Of a stretch of 64,000 nucleotides of DNA, positions 11,432-23,407 are shown piece by piece (positions within the stretch are counted from its first letter, which is position 1; each line of letters opens with the position of its first letter). The notes under the pieces are model-generated. The model worked only from the letters and a program-made list of their open reading frames with translations, was not told where the DNA came from and searched no databases. The translations under genes and the position numbers were made by a program. Source of the DNA: Octopus sinensis (Eukaryota); contig NC_042998.1 in the NCBI RefSeq assembly GCF_006345805.1, positions 930,001 through 994,000 of the forward strand, read 5' to 3'.

Positions 11432-13533
11432 TTATTACCTCCGCTGTCGTTAAGGCCGAGGTATTGTTTGTATTCGTTAAGGCCGAGGTATTGTTTGTTT
11501 GTTTGTTTGCTCGTGGACAAGATATCTCAAGAACCACTGGGTGGCTTCGGATGAAACTTTCAGGGGTGTTTAGCCTCGTGACTGGCACGAACTGATTAGA
11601 TTTGGGGATTGATCTGGTGCCGGACAAGGATTCTGGATTATTTTTCTGGCTTTTTTACTTAATTTTTGAGAGAGGTCAGGTTCACTTTTTGTATTCTCAT
11701 TTGTGAGAGCAGTCGAGTTTATTTCGGATATTCTCATTTTAAAAGGTATCTCTGGCTAATCGTTGAGAGGTCGTTGGTGTCACCTCAGGTTGTTCTAAGT
11801 TGCAAGTACATTATTTTGCCAGTATTTTTCATCGTGTTCGGACGTTTAATTTTTTGTGTCAGTGATTTTTGAACACTTTTGTTAATTGTTCTTTGCTGCC
11901 TCGTGGCAGTGTGTTTGTCCTTTCCCTCCTCATATGAGGAAAATTAACCTAATGGAGAAGAAGATGTTCTATTCGGATGTCAGCTTCTGAAGCTGTCGTC
12001 TTCTGAAGTGTCGTCTTCTGAAGATGAATTGATGGGAAGAGAGACAACAAAATTGAAAAGGAAAGGAAATTTGCGGATGTGGTAAAACGTCAAGAAAATG
12101 AAATTGATATGAAGGAAATTGAAAGTTTTAAAGAATTGCTAAGTAGGGACGGGTATAATGTGGACTTGTCCCTCCAGCGGGAAACACTGAGTGGCATAAG
12201 GGAAAGAACCATTACGTTCAAGACTTATTCGGTTAAAGTAGGAAAAATAGACATTATGACTGCAAGCCAAATAGAGAAAGGCTTAGGCCAATTTGGCATA
12301 AAATTACATACCCTGGCAAGAGGAAAAAAAATTGGTACGGTGGAAGTGAGGATGAAAGACAAGGCAACAATAAAAAGGCATGCAGCAGAAACCATCAAAA
12401 GAGAAGAAGTAGTCCTTCTTCCCACGCACCTTGGACGACGTGCAACCAGGGTAAGAGTAGAAGGAATACCGCCGGAGTTAGACGTTGCCTGGATAGCAGC
12501 CGCGATCCTCATAGAAAATGAGGATGATATAACGGTGCTCCAGGCCACTAGAACACAATGCGAAATGAGGAAGGGGCAAGCACTGGAAATGACCATTCAA
12601 GGGTCGGTGGAAACGTTGGAAATGATGACGGAAACCATAACGATGGACGAGGTGGTAATGAGGGTAAAGGCAGAATCCTTCGATATTACAAATGTGGTCT
12701 AAACAGCCACATTAGGGTGGATTGCCCTTCACCGGCCAAAAATACAACGGAAGAACAAGAGAAGGAAATGTAAGAACCGGTGGAGGAAAAAGGAAGAAAC
12801 TTTGCCGCCAGCAGTGAAGTAAAGGGAGGAAATGTGGAAAACGGTGAGTGGAGTAAACAGAAGAAAAAGTAAAAAGGCAAATTATACGGTCATAAAACCC
12901 CAACCCACACCCTCTCAGCTCCCCTCCCCCACAGACCCCAAGTCTATCCATTTCCTTCCGACACAAAAACAAAGGAAAAAGACACACGATCACAAGGATC
13001 TCCAAACTTCCCCTCCTCCAGTTAAAGGGAAAACAAAAGCTTTATTGGTATAATTTATGATATGAATTAAGAACAAAACCAGGACATAGCTTCATGGAAA
13101 GACGTAAAAAGCGTGAAGACTGAGGAGTATGTGAAGCAGTGGCACAGTTGTGTGATATTAACCAAAGAATGAAAAGAAATATTAGAAAGATTTGATTATG
13201 GGTATGAGTATTGGGAAGTAAACTTGGACAGAGATGAGATGCCAATAATTATAGATTGCACGGATATTTTGATAAAAATATAAAACAGATATTCTTAAAG
13301 GAACTGGATTTAAAAGAGAATAGATATAAATGAGGCTACACAGAGATGGGGCCGAGTAGCTTAGTTCCATTTTTTTCATTTTTTCAATTTTTCATTCATT
13401 TTTTTTACACGTTTGTCCTATTTTTTTCTTGTTGTGTGTCCACACATGTTACGTATTGTCCCCTGGTGAATAATTAAAAATTAGGAAATGGTGTTACCTT
13501 GGCGGAGGTTTGCGCTCTCTGAGTGCTTTTGTT
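11432..13533 (+). mobile_element. Non-autonomous Helentron-type (HINE/DINE-1-like) element with ~1.7-kb internal cargo
   Basis: 5' ATTATTACCTCCGC followed by (GTTT)n; sub-terminal inverted pair ACCTCCGC (11437-44) / GCGGAGGT (13502-09); 3' hairpin GCGCTC-tct-GAGTGC (13512-26) then TTTTGTT. Confidence 0.8.
12079..12770 (+). pseudogene. Decayed LINE ORF1 (gag-like; RRM-like region + zinc knuckle)
   Basis: 207-aa ORF preceded by NFADVVKR and containing TRVRVEGIPPEL. After a frameshift comes YYKCGLNSHIRVDC, a CCHC knuckle with the first Cys lost. Confidence 0.7.
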
Positions 13534-13535
13534 AC

Positions 13536-13760
13536 CTATTATATAAAATCCGTTCTGTCTGTCTGTGTGTCTTCTACGATCTCGGACATCCTCCATCCGA
13601 TTACGCTCAAATTTGATATGTAGATACCGACGGTATCAGGGCGTGTATAAGTCTTGAAAAAATTACAAAAATCGATTCCAGGTGAGAATGCGATCGATAA
13701 AGTCGTGGGAACGTGCATTTGTATGCGCAAGTACATCAGTCGAAATCCGTCTTTTGCTGG
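13536..13760 (+). mobile_element. Helitron-like non-autonomous 5' fragment
   Basis: CTATTATATAAAA...(GTCT)n...CCGATT...AAATTTGATATG layout resembles non-autonomous Helitron 5' ends; no 3' CTAG hairpin found. Confidence 0.45.
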
Positions 13761-14307
13761 TGTCTCAAATTTAGGTTAAATCAGTGTTTCTCAAAGGGGA
13801 GTCCTATGGGACAGTCGGGCAAGTTGTTTTGAGAAAATTTGGTTTAAATGTTTGACAGCAACGTCCATTGAATGGGGGGCGTTTTGCTCGTATTTAATAT
13901 TGCACATATTAACAATTTTACTTCGGTAATTTCATGCGACTTACTACAGCGCCACAGGATATTCCTGAGGTATGTGTAGCATTGTGTTCTTAATTTTGTA
14001 GGGACTGGAGGAGAGTACACTCCTCCTGGGGGTGTACTGCATTAGTTTGTTTTGTTTTGGAGTTTAGTTTCTTGCTTCTGGTTATATTAGTGTTTGTTCA
14101 GATGCGTGTAGGGTGGGTAATTTGAGTTGTGTTACCTTATAGGGCCTTAATCATGTATAGTATATTTGCGTAAGTTGTTTTAGATTGTGTTGTTTTAGAT
14201 TGTGAGGTACTTATTGCACAAGGTGTGTATTTTGTGCGAAGGTAGTTCTAGTTGAGATATTCTACAGGAGTGATAGTGTTGTGCTGCGCAGAATCGATAG
14301 CACACAG

Positions 14308-14583
14308 TACTGAGTTCAAATTCCGCCGAAGTCGACTTTACCTTTCATCCTTTCGAAGTTGATGAAATAAGCACCACTTGACTAACGGGGGTCGATGTAA
14401 TCGACTTATCCACTATCCCGGTATTTCCTCCGTCTTCACGAACCGAGTTCAAATTCCGCCGAGGTCGATTTTGCTGCTCATCCTTTCGGGATTGATAAAA
14501 TAAACACCAGTTGACTACTGAGGTCGATGTAATCGACTTACTCCCCCCCCCGGGCTTGCTGGCCCTGTATATAAATTTGAAAC

Positions 14584-14585
<2 letters not shown>
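14308..14585 (+). mobile_element. Two tandem 5'-truncated S1 SINEs
   Basis: Two B-box GAGTTCAAATTCCGCCG bodies in tandem. Confidence 0.85.
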
Positions 14586-14634
<49 letters not shown>

Positions 14635-14702
14635 CATTATTATTATTATTGTTATTATTGTTGTTATTATTATTATTATTGTTACTATTATTATTATTAT
14701 TA

Positions 14703-14760
<58 letters not shown>

Positions 14761-14774
14761 CGTTATTGTTGTTG

Positions 14775-14823
<49 letters not shown>

Positions 14824-14836
14824 CATTATTATTATT
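14584..14836. repeat. Long imperfect (ATT)n microsatellite
   Basis: Read directly; source of the poly-N/L/I ORFs in the track. Confidence 0.95.
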
Positions 14837-15051
14837 AAGATGGCAATCTGGCAAAATCTTTAGCTCGTTGGACGAAATGCTTATCGGTATTTCGCCCGTG
14901 CTACGTTCTGAGTTCGAATTCTGCCGAGGTCGACTTTGCCTTTCATCTTTTCGGGGTCTATTAAATAAGTACCAGTTACGCTCTGGGGTCGATGTAATCA
15001 TCTTACCTCCCTCCCTTCCCGCATATTTCAGGCCTTGTGCTTATAATAGAA

Positions 15052-15052
<1 letters not shown>
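14837..15052 (+). mobile_element. S1 SINE followed by (CTA)n
   Basis: Full head, B-box and GTCGATGTAATC motif; tail AGGCCTTGTGCTTATAATAGAAA. Confidence 0.85.
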
Positions 15053-15130
<78 letters not shown>

Positions 15131-15345
15131 TGCCCTTGCCGATACAGCTTGCATTAGAAAAATACACCAATATTATCATAATATGTCAGGTGACTATTCT
15201 TACGATATGAAAAGCAATGAATCGCTCGATTTCGTCTGCTGGGCTCACTTTATGAATGAAAATATAGAACAGGTGAAGGTAATAAATACACGACACGAGG
15301 CGTTCAGTTGTTCTATGTTCTCAAGGCTCAGGTATTTGAAGTATT

Positions 15346-15582
15346 AAGGCGACGAGCTGGCAGAATCGTTAGCATGCCGGGCGAAATGTGTAGCCGTATT
15401 TCGTCTGCCGTTATGTTCTGAGTTCAAATTCCGCCAAGGTCGACTTTGCCTTTCATCCTTTCGGGGTCGATAAATTAAGTACCAGTTACGCACTGGGGTC
15501 GATGTAATCGACTTAATCGGTTTGTCTGTCCTTGTTTGTCCCTTCTTTGTTTAGCCCCTTGTGGGCAATAAAAGAAATAAGT
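15346..15582 (+). mobile_element. S1 SINE, alternative tail variant
   Basis: GGCGACGAGCTGGCAGAATCGTTAGC head; tail GTTTGTCTGTCCTTGTTTGTCCC..TAGCCCCTTGTGGG as in 39296-39712. Confidence 0.9.
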
Positions 15583-16064
15583 GTTTGAAGTAACAGAATT
15601 ACTCGACTAAATTTAGGCTCCAAATTAAGAAATCGATATTTTTATTCCGTTATTTTTCTATTGGTATTTCAGTAATTTGTACTGCGGCTGCGCAAGGGTG
15701 ACACTTTCAAACGTTTCAGTCGATTATATCAAACCTGTGACTTTGTCTGGTTCATATTTTATTGAGCTTCAGTGGAAACTGAAACAAGTATATGTGCTTG
15801 TGTGCGTGCGTGTATGTCTGTAGAGATAGATAGAGAGTGGGAGAAAGAAAGAAAGATAGAACGAAAGGAGATAAAGAAACAAATGATAGAGTTACCTCCA
15901 TCAGAGAAGTAAAAAGATCATCACACGAGGTTTCGATACTTTTGAGAAAACACAATTCTATTTACATCCTGACTGTTCAATGAAAGAACAATAGCTGCGA
16001 AGCCATAAGTTTCGAACTGTTAATCTCTGATTAGATATTCTTTTATTCTATTATTCTTTTATTT

Positions 16065-16258
16065 GTTTCAGTCATTTGATTGAGGCCATGCTGAAGCATT
16101 TAGTCAAAGATATCGGCCCAAGGACTTATTCTTTGTAAGCCTAGTACTTATTCTATCGGTTCGTTTGCTGAACCGCTAATTCGCGGGGACGTAAAAGCAC
16201 CAGTATCAGTTGTCAAGCGATGTTGGGGAGGGGGACAAACACACACACACACACAAAA

Positions 16259-16299
<41 letters not shown>

Positions 16300-16830
16300 C
16301 GACGGAAGCGCAATGGCCCAGTGGTTAAGACAGCGGACTCGCGGTCGTAGGATAAGGGTTTCGATTCCTAAACCGGGCGTTGCGAGTGTTTATTGAGGGA
16401 AAACACCTAAAGCTCTATGTCGCTCCGGCAGGGGGGGCAACCCTGCTGTACTCTTTCACCATAACTTACTCTCACTCCTTCTTCCTGTTCCTGTTGTACC
16501 TGCATTTCAAAGAGCCAGCCTTGTCACACTGTGTATCACGCTGAATCTCCCCGAGAACTACGTTAAGGGTACACGTGTCTGTGGTGTGTTCAGCCTCTTG
16601 CACGTTAATTTCACGAGCAGGTTGGAACCCTCGTCGTCGCAACGACGGAGTGACAGAAAAATATATACGACGGGCTCCTTTCAGTTTCCGTCAACCAAAT
16701 CCATTCCCAAAGCTTTGGACGGTGCGAGGCTATAGCAGAAGGCACTCACCCAAGGTGTTACGTGGTGGGACTGAACCTGGGATCATGAGGTTGGTAACTA
16801 AGTTACTTACCACGCAACCACTTCTGCGCC
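16065..16830 (-). mobile_element. Bipartite SINE family S2, interrupted by a nested SINE
   Basis: 3' half at 16065-16240, (CA)/(TA) core, 5' half at 16664-16830; homologous to 56762-57232. Confidence 0.8.
16304..16660 (+). mobile_element. tRNA-derived SINE, head H1 + tail T1, with 13-bp TSD
   Basis: GCGCAATGGCCCAGTGGTT...GTTTCGATTCC head; TSD ATATATACGACGG at 16293-16305 and 16661-16673. Confidence 0.9.
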
Positions 16831-17278
16831 AACAAATATCAATATGTGTTACATATTTTGAGACACCATCTATAATTTCTCAGAAACATTTGTTTAAGAT
16901 AATAGATTATGTTATGTTGAACCGATCAGTATCTAAACAACGCATTAACCAAATCAAAGTGGCATTCTATTATCTATTGCCAGAGTTGGTAGACTGTGAT
17001 ATGTGAGTTACTTTCTCCTGGTAGTGACATAAACCTGGTCACATGCTTTTATCGTCGGTCCGTTGTCATTAATCAAAACGATACGCTAACGTTGAGTAAC
17101 CCTTTACCAGTTGATAATTGTGCGTGCTTTCCGAGGCGTTTTTAGTGAAGGACGATAATCCACCAAATCTGCTTATCGTACACGTAAGTATGTTTACTTC
17201 TTTATTTATGTATTTGTTTTATTATCGACGAATAATTTAGAAAACAATATTTCCTCATGTAAATCAGTGGGAAAAATG

Positions 17279-17662
17279 CAGCGAGCTGGCAAAATGGTTA
17301 GCAAGCCGCGCAAAATGCCTAGCGGCCTTTCATGTACCTTTACGTTCTATGTTCAAATGTTACCGAGGTAAACTTTACTTTTCATGCTTTTCGGGGTAGA
17401 TAAAATAAGTACTAGTTGAGCACCGGGGTCGATGTAATCGACTTACCCCTCCAATAATCTTACTGGCCTTGTGCCAAAATTTCAAATCAGTATTTTGTGT
17501 TTTAAAGGTGGCGAGCTGACAGAATCGTTAGCACACCGGGCGACACGCTTAGCGGAACTTCGTCCATCTTCATGCTGTAAGTCCAAATTCCGCAGAAGTC
17601 GACTTTGCTATTCATCCCTTCCCTGTAATTGCTGAACTTGTGCGAAAATTTGAAACCAGTAT
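17279..17662 (+). mobile_element. Two adjacent S1 SINEs (duplicated at 19268-19617)
   Basis: Two GCGAGCTG(G/A)CA heads at about 17280 and 17510. Confidence 0.85.
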
Positions 17663-17870
17663 AAATATGTGGTTCTCAGTCGAGACCCATCTCTTTCCTA
17701 GAGATTCATGTAAGACTTTTAGAGCTCCGCACAAGTAAAATATTTATTTGAGGAACCACAATCGTATTTTAAGGATCTTTCAAAGATATATTATTTTGGC
17801 TGTGTGTATTGCAAGAATCAGCTAGGCTCATTTTTCAAACGTTTAACATAGTTCATCCTACACATGTTTC

Positions 17871-18193
17871 CACTCCGTCGGTTACGAGGAAGAGGGTTCC
17901 AGTTGATCCGGTCAATGGAACGGAACAATCTGTCCGTGAAATTAAAATGCAAGTGGCTGAGCACCCCACAGACACGAGTACCCTTAATGTAGTTCACACG
18001 AACATTCAGCGAGACATAGTCTGACAACGCTGGCCCTTTGAAATCAGGTACTACACATTTTTAGCAGCTGAGTGAACTGGAACAATGTGAATTAAAATAT
18101 CTTGCTCAAGAACACGACGCGTCGCCGGGAATTGAACTCACGCCCTTTTGATTGTTGGCCGAATATCCTAACCATTAACTCACATTTCGCTCA
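17871..18193 (-). mobile_element. SINE head H2 (CORE-like GTGTTCTTGAGCAAGA) + tail T1 (second copy 19828-20134)
   Basis: Minus strand has a tRNA-like head with GAGTTCAATTCCC, a CORE-like block and a tail ending CGACGGAGTG as in 16304-16660. Confidence 0.85.
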
Positions 18194-18317
18194 ACCTACA
18201 CATGTTAATGTATGTAAAACAAAATAAGAATTTTGAAATGAACATCTAAAAGTATATCTTTAAAACATCGAATGGTTATGGTGTGCCACAAGAACAGAGT
18301 CGTAATGAAAGGGGTCC

Positions 18318-18890
18318 TCATTCTCAAAGATGAAGCGGTACGACGCCTGTCGTCCAACATGCTACGTTGGATGTGGCGTATATCACGCGGATGTAAAATA
18401 TGATGACGACCTGGACGATGTTTATTGCTTGGCCGTCCAGTAGCTTTGTACTTCTGAATTACTTTGGTAACTGTGTTTACGTTAATATGTATTCGTGACA
18501 ATTCTTTTCATTTTGGTACCATTTTAATCACAATGAAGATTTTCACCTCGGCACTCAAATAAGAATTCCTGCAGATGCAATAACAGTGACCGGTGCAAAA
18601 ATGCCAGGAGAAACAATTTATTAGAATTAAAATTATCAGCAATATCTGAATTTAGGAAAATAAAAAGAGATATAATATTGAATATAACAAATTTACTTAG
18701 GTTGTACATATCTTTGTAACGTTTGAAAGATAATATTTTGTTCATATTTCTGAAAATGTTTGTTTTGCGTTCCAAATTTGGTGTAATATTTTACTCAGTG
18801 TAAATTTCGTTTTATTTCCTTCGATGTTATCAAAGTAATGGCAATTTTACTGAACATTTTTAGGGGTGTACATACTTCTGTGAGATGCTG
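18318..18890 (-). mobile_element. Tc1-like transposon 5' fragment (TIR + transposase N-terminal HTH)
   Basis: TA|CAGCATCTCACAGAAGTATGTACACCCC end at 18890; ORF VTKVIQKYKATGRPSNKHRPGRHHILHPRDIRHIQR resembles the Tc1 paired-like HTH with a GRP-type linker. Confidence 0.85.
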
Positions 18891-19623
18891 TATATACTTT
18901 GGTTGTATTTATTGCAAGAATCAGCTAGGTTCATTTCTCTGATGTTTAGCATAGTTCATCCTAAACATGTTAGCACTCCGTCGGTTACGACGAAGAGGGG
19001 TTCGAGTTGATCCACTCAGACGTAAATCTGGTCACATACTTTTATCTCTCGGTTAGTTGTCATTAATCAATACAACGATACGCTAACGCTGAGTAACTCT
19101 TTACCAGTTGATATTTGTGCATGTTTTCCGAGGCGTTTTAATGAATAATGATAATCCACCAAATCTGTTTATCGTACACCTAAGCATGTATACTTATTTA
19201 TTTATGTATTTGTTTTATTATTGATGAATGACTGTATTTGGAAAACAATATTTCCTCATGTAAATAGTTTAGCAAGCCGAGCAAAATTCCCAGCGACCTT
19301 TCATCTACCTTTACGTTCTGTGTTCAAATGCCACCGAGGTAAACTTTACTTTTCATGCCTTTCGAGGTAGACAAAATAAGTACTAGTTGAGCACCGGGGT
19401 CGATGTAATCGACTTACCCCTCCCCCAATCTTACTGGCCTTGTGCCGAAACTTGAAATCAATATTTCGTGTTTTAAAGGCAGCGATCTGGTAGAATCATT
19501 TGCTTAGCGGCACTTCGTCCATCTTCATGCTGCAAATCCAAATTCCGCCGAAGTCGACTTTGCCATTCACCCCTTCCCTGTAATTGCTGGGCTTGTGTCA
19601 AAATTCGAAACCAATATAAATTT

Positions 19624-20273
19624 GTGGTTCTCAACCGGGATCCACATGTTTTCTATGACTTCATATTAAGCTTTTAGGGGTCCACATAAGCAAAATATTA
19701 ATTTGGGGAACGACAACAATCTTTTAAGGATCTTTCAAAAATATGTTACTTTGGTTGTATTTATTTCAAGAAACAGCTAGGCTCCTTTTTCTTACGTTTT
19801 TACAAAGTTCATCCTACATATGCTGGAACTCCGTCAATTACGACGACTAGGGTTCGAGTTGATCCAGTAAACAGAACAGCCCGTTCACGAAATTTACGTG
19901 CAAGTGGCTGGGCACCCGACAGACACGAGTATCCTTAACGTAGTTCTCAGTAACATTCAGCGAGACAGTGTGACAAGGCTGGCCCTTTGAAATCAGGTAC
20001 TACACACTTTTGGCAGCTGAGTGAACTTGAACAACGTGAATTAAAGTGTCTTGCTCAAGAACACGACGCATCGCCGGGAATCGCCTTTGTGATCGTGAGC
20101 CGAATACCCAAACCATTAACCCACATTTCGCTCACCCGTGTAAAAAACAAAATAAGAATTTTGAAATGAACATCTAAAAGTATATCTTTAAAACATCGAA
20201 TGGTTATGGTGGGCCACAAGAACAGAGTCGTAATGAAAGGGGTCCATAGTCTAAAAGTGGTTGAGAACCACTG
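19624..20273. mobile_element. hAT/Charlie-type MITE containing a nested SINE
   Basis: Ends GTGGTTCTCAACC and GGTTGAGAACCACTG; the homologous copy from ~17668 is cut at 18317 by the Tc1 fragment. Confidence 0.7.
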
Positions 20274-21294
20274 ATATGAAGGAATAGTTCCTAATATAAA
20301 AGATTTATTCTACTTTTAAGTTTAGCAGCCTAATACTCGAACACCATACAGAAGGAAAAGTGAATCTTGTATCTATTACTTGTCTCACTCATCGTATGGC
20401 AGCGAATTGACCCCACAACTTGATCCTAGAACTAATGCTTTTCTTTTTTTCAGGTAGGCATTTATTCTATTAAGTTACGGGGCCCGAAAATAATCTAACA
20501 ACGGTTGTCAAATGGTGGGAGAAGCAAGCAAACAGACACACATACATATATGTACACACACACACACACACACATTCACACACACACATGATGCGCTATG
20601 AAGCAGTTTCCCCTCAACCAAATTTGCTCACATGGCGTTGTTCGATCCAGGACTTATTGTAGAACAGCACAGAAAAAATCTCGCTTCACATCTCACTTGG
20701 ATATTAAAATAATTTCAATTCCCAATCATTTATTTCGTTCTTCTTATTGTGTTAACAGACAGAACAGACAATAAACCTATTAACGGGTAAGCGCCAGACA
20801 CGGTGACCAAAAGTCTTAGCGCAGTGCTAGAAATTCCTTTCAGTTGTTATAACTTAACCAAAAGCAAAACAATAACAATAGCATGCGCATAATATTAAAT
20901 GAAGCGATTCTGTGTGTGTGTGTATGTGTGAGTGTGCGCGCGCGCCTGCGCATATATTTGTATGTATTCGTGTGCTTGCTTTGAGCATTGTGCAAATATG
21001 TTGGTATACATACATGAAGTTAAATGCTACCGTCTGCCTATTGACTAATTGGTCCGGATCTTATCTTGTTTTCTGAAGGATTTAAACGACGGACGCTATA
21101 AGTTGTCTTCTTGAACGAGATACCAATCCGTCGTAGTGTGGATACCCCTTCCCAACTGTCACCGGCGCTCATTTTCAGTTGAGAGAACTGGAACAATAGA
21201 CACGACGTACCTTGCATAAGGACACAACGTCATGTCGACTCGTTTGTTTCTTGGTGTGTTCAACAGACATGCAAATACACACACACACGCGGGT

Positions 21295-21820
21295 GTAGCG
21301 AAACGTATAATCATAGACATGGATATAGTGAAACGTACAATGGGAGACACGAATATAATGAAGTGTACAATCATAGACACGAACGTAGCGAAACGTTCAA
21401 TCATAGACACGAATATAGCGAAATATATAGTCAGAGACATGGATGTAGCGAAACTTGTAGTCATAGAGAGGGATATAATGAAACGAACAATCATAAACAC
21501 GCACACAGTGAAACGTATAATCATAGACATGGATATAATGAAACGTACAATGATAGACACGAAATGATGAAATTTACAATGGTAGACATGAATGTAGCGA
21601 AGCGATCGATCGGAGACACGAATATAGCGAAACGTACAATCATAGACACAGATGTAGCGAAACGTATGGAGGTAGTGAGATGTATGATAATAGACATGGA
21701 TATAGCGAAACATATGATCATATGTAGCGAAACGTGAATATTGCAAAAAGTACAGTTCTGGACACGGATGTAGCGAAAGGCATAATCATAAACATGGTTA
21801 TAGCGAAACGTGTAACCATC
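21295..21820. repeat. Degenerate 30-bp minisatellite (~16 units)
   Basis: Consensus about GAAACGTA(C/T)AATCATAGACA(C/T)G(A/G)ATATAGC. Confidence 0.9.
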
Positions 21821-22082
21821 AACGCGATCATACATTACTCTATTGCTCTACTTCTACTTCTCATATTTCTGGCTCCATCGTCTCTTTTTCTTTCCACCGC
21901 CACCTCAATGTTTTTCAAAATGTATTCCACTCTACTACTAAGATTATATGCTTTCGTTGTTGCAGGTACACACACGCGTGCGCGTTCACTCTCCCCACCT
22001 CTCTCTCTCCCTCTACTGCTCATCCACCAGTCATTGACTTGTCACTCGAGCATCATATTAGCAATAACCCTTTTTGAGTTCT

Positions 22083-22138
<56 letters not shown>

Positions 22139-22145
22139 ACACACA

Positions 22146-22177
<32 letters not shown>

Positions 22178-22214
22178 GAGTAACTCTTATAGATAACAAG
22201 ACAACCTTTATTTA

Positions 22215-22425
22215 GTGAGCTGACAGAATCATTAGCATGTAGGGCCGGACAAATGCTTAGTGGCGTTTTATACGTCTTTAAGCTCTGAATTAAAATTCCG
22301 CTGAGGTCGACTTTGCCTTTTGCATCTTCGGAGTCGATAAAATATTTGAAATCTGGGATCGATGTAATAGACTTATCCTCTCTCACGAAATTTCTGGCCT
22401 TATGTCAAATATTGAAATCAATATT
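22215..22425 (+). mobile_element. S1 SINE
   Basis: GAGCTGACAGAATCATTAGC head, body and tail. Confidence 0.8.
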
Positions 22426-22463
22426 GAATAGTGTTCTAAAAACTACATTTCTAAAAGCTAAAT

Positions 22464-22597
22464 CAGTGGTTCTTAACCCGGAGTCCGCGGACCTCTGGTG
22501 GTCCACAAAGGTATATATAAATATATACATAAGGATAAGCATATTAAAAGGGGTCCGTGGGAAAACACATTTAAATAAAAGGGTTGTGAACCACTGT
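22464..22597. mobile_element. hAT/Charlie-type MITE
   Basis: CAGTGGTTC...GAACCACTG ends; GGTCC-rich interior like 63512-63638. Confidence 0.65.
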
Positions 22598-22859
22598 TGG
22601 GAACCACTAAGAAAAGGCTGGCAACCACTGAGCTAAAAGATGGATAGTTATCAGTAGTAGTTAAACGAAGCATTCAATTAGAAACTGCAGCCCATATCGC
22701 TTCATCAAACCTTCACTGCCAAATCACTGATCAACAACCTTGGGCAGTGCTCAAGAATTTACACCTCAATGTGAAGGGAAGGAAATTACTATTATAATAA
22801 CAAATTTTGAGGGAGAGAAATGGCATGAATGGATTGGATAACTTTGATATCTGTTATCT

Positions 22860-23385
22860 TTTACTTGTTTCAGTCATTGTACTGAGGAGTACCTTCCAGA
22901 ATGGTTTCAATGGAATAAATCGATCTCAGTAGTTATTTCGATTGCCAGTTATTCTATCGGCCCGTCGCAGGCGGTCAAGTGGCGGGGAGATACAAATACA
23001 AACGCAAAGACGCACACATGTGTACATGCATACATATACATTCATTCATGCATGCAAACATACATACATACATAATACATACATACATACATACATACAT
23101 ACATACATACATACATACATACATACATACATACATACATACATACATACATACATGTGTGTGTGGTGGGTGAGTGTGAGAGAGAAAGAAAAAATGGAAT
23201 GATGTGTACCCAAATTTAAAATTATATATATATATATATATACACATACAACGGGCTTCCACGCAGTTTCCGTCTGTGAAATTCACTAGCAATGCCCGAG
23301 GCAATAGTAAAAGACGTTTGCCCTTGATGCCGCGCAGTATTGTCCACGTGGGTGCAATGCAAAGTTCTTAGACGCACAGCCGATA
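22860..23385 (-). mobile_element. Degenerate S2 SINE with (TACA)n core
   Basis: Both halves recognisable around the microsatellite. Confidence 0.55.
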
Positions 23386-23407
23386 TCTATTACAACGAAC
23401 ATAATCT

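Larger units (their letters stand above)
17035..20246. repeat. Diverged segmental duplication (17035-18317 vs 19028-20246) with a third partial copy at 18893-19015
   Basis: Collinear unique DNA, two S1 SINEs, a MITE and an H2T1 SINE in both copies, with many substitutions. Confidence 0.9.

Noticed and set aside
14345-15347. Long poly-Asn/Leu/Ile/Tyr ORFs (also 53-268, 26249-26851, 31434-32225, 42437-43140, 50260-50900)
   Set aside because: These are translations of stop-free microsatellites and SINEs.
15346-15440. tRNA genes at this and similar A/B-box sites (16304, 53803, 56762, 63090)
   Set aside because: They are SINE heads: no complete cloverleaf, each continues into a shared repeat body, and there are many diverged copies.
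21295-21820. Assignment to reflectin, beak protein or C2H2 zinc-finger arrays
   Set aside because: The 10-residue period and composition match none of the motifs I know for these families.
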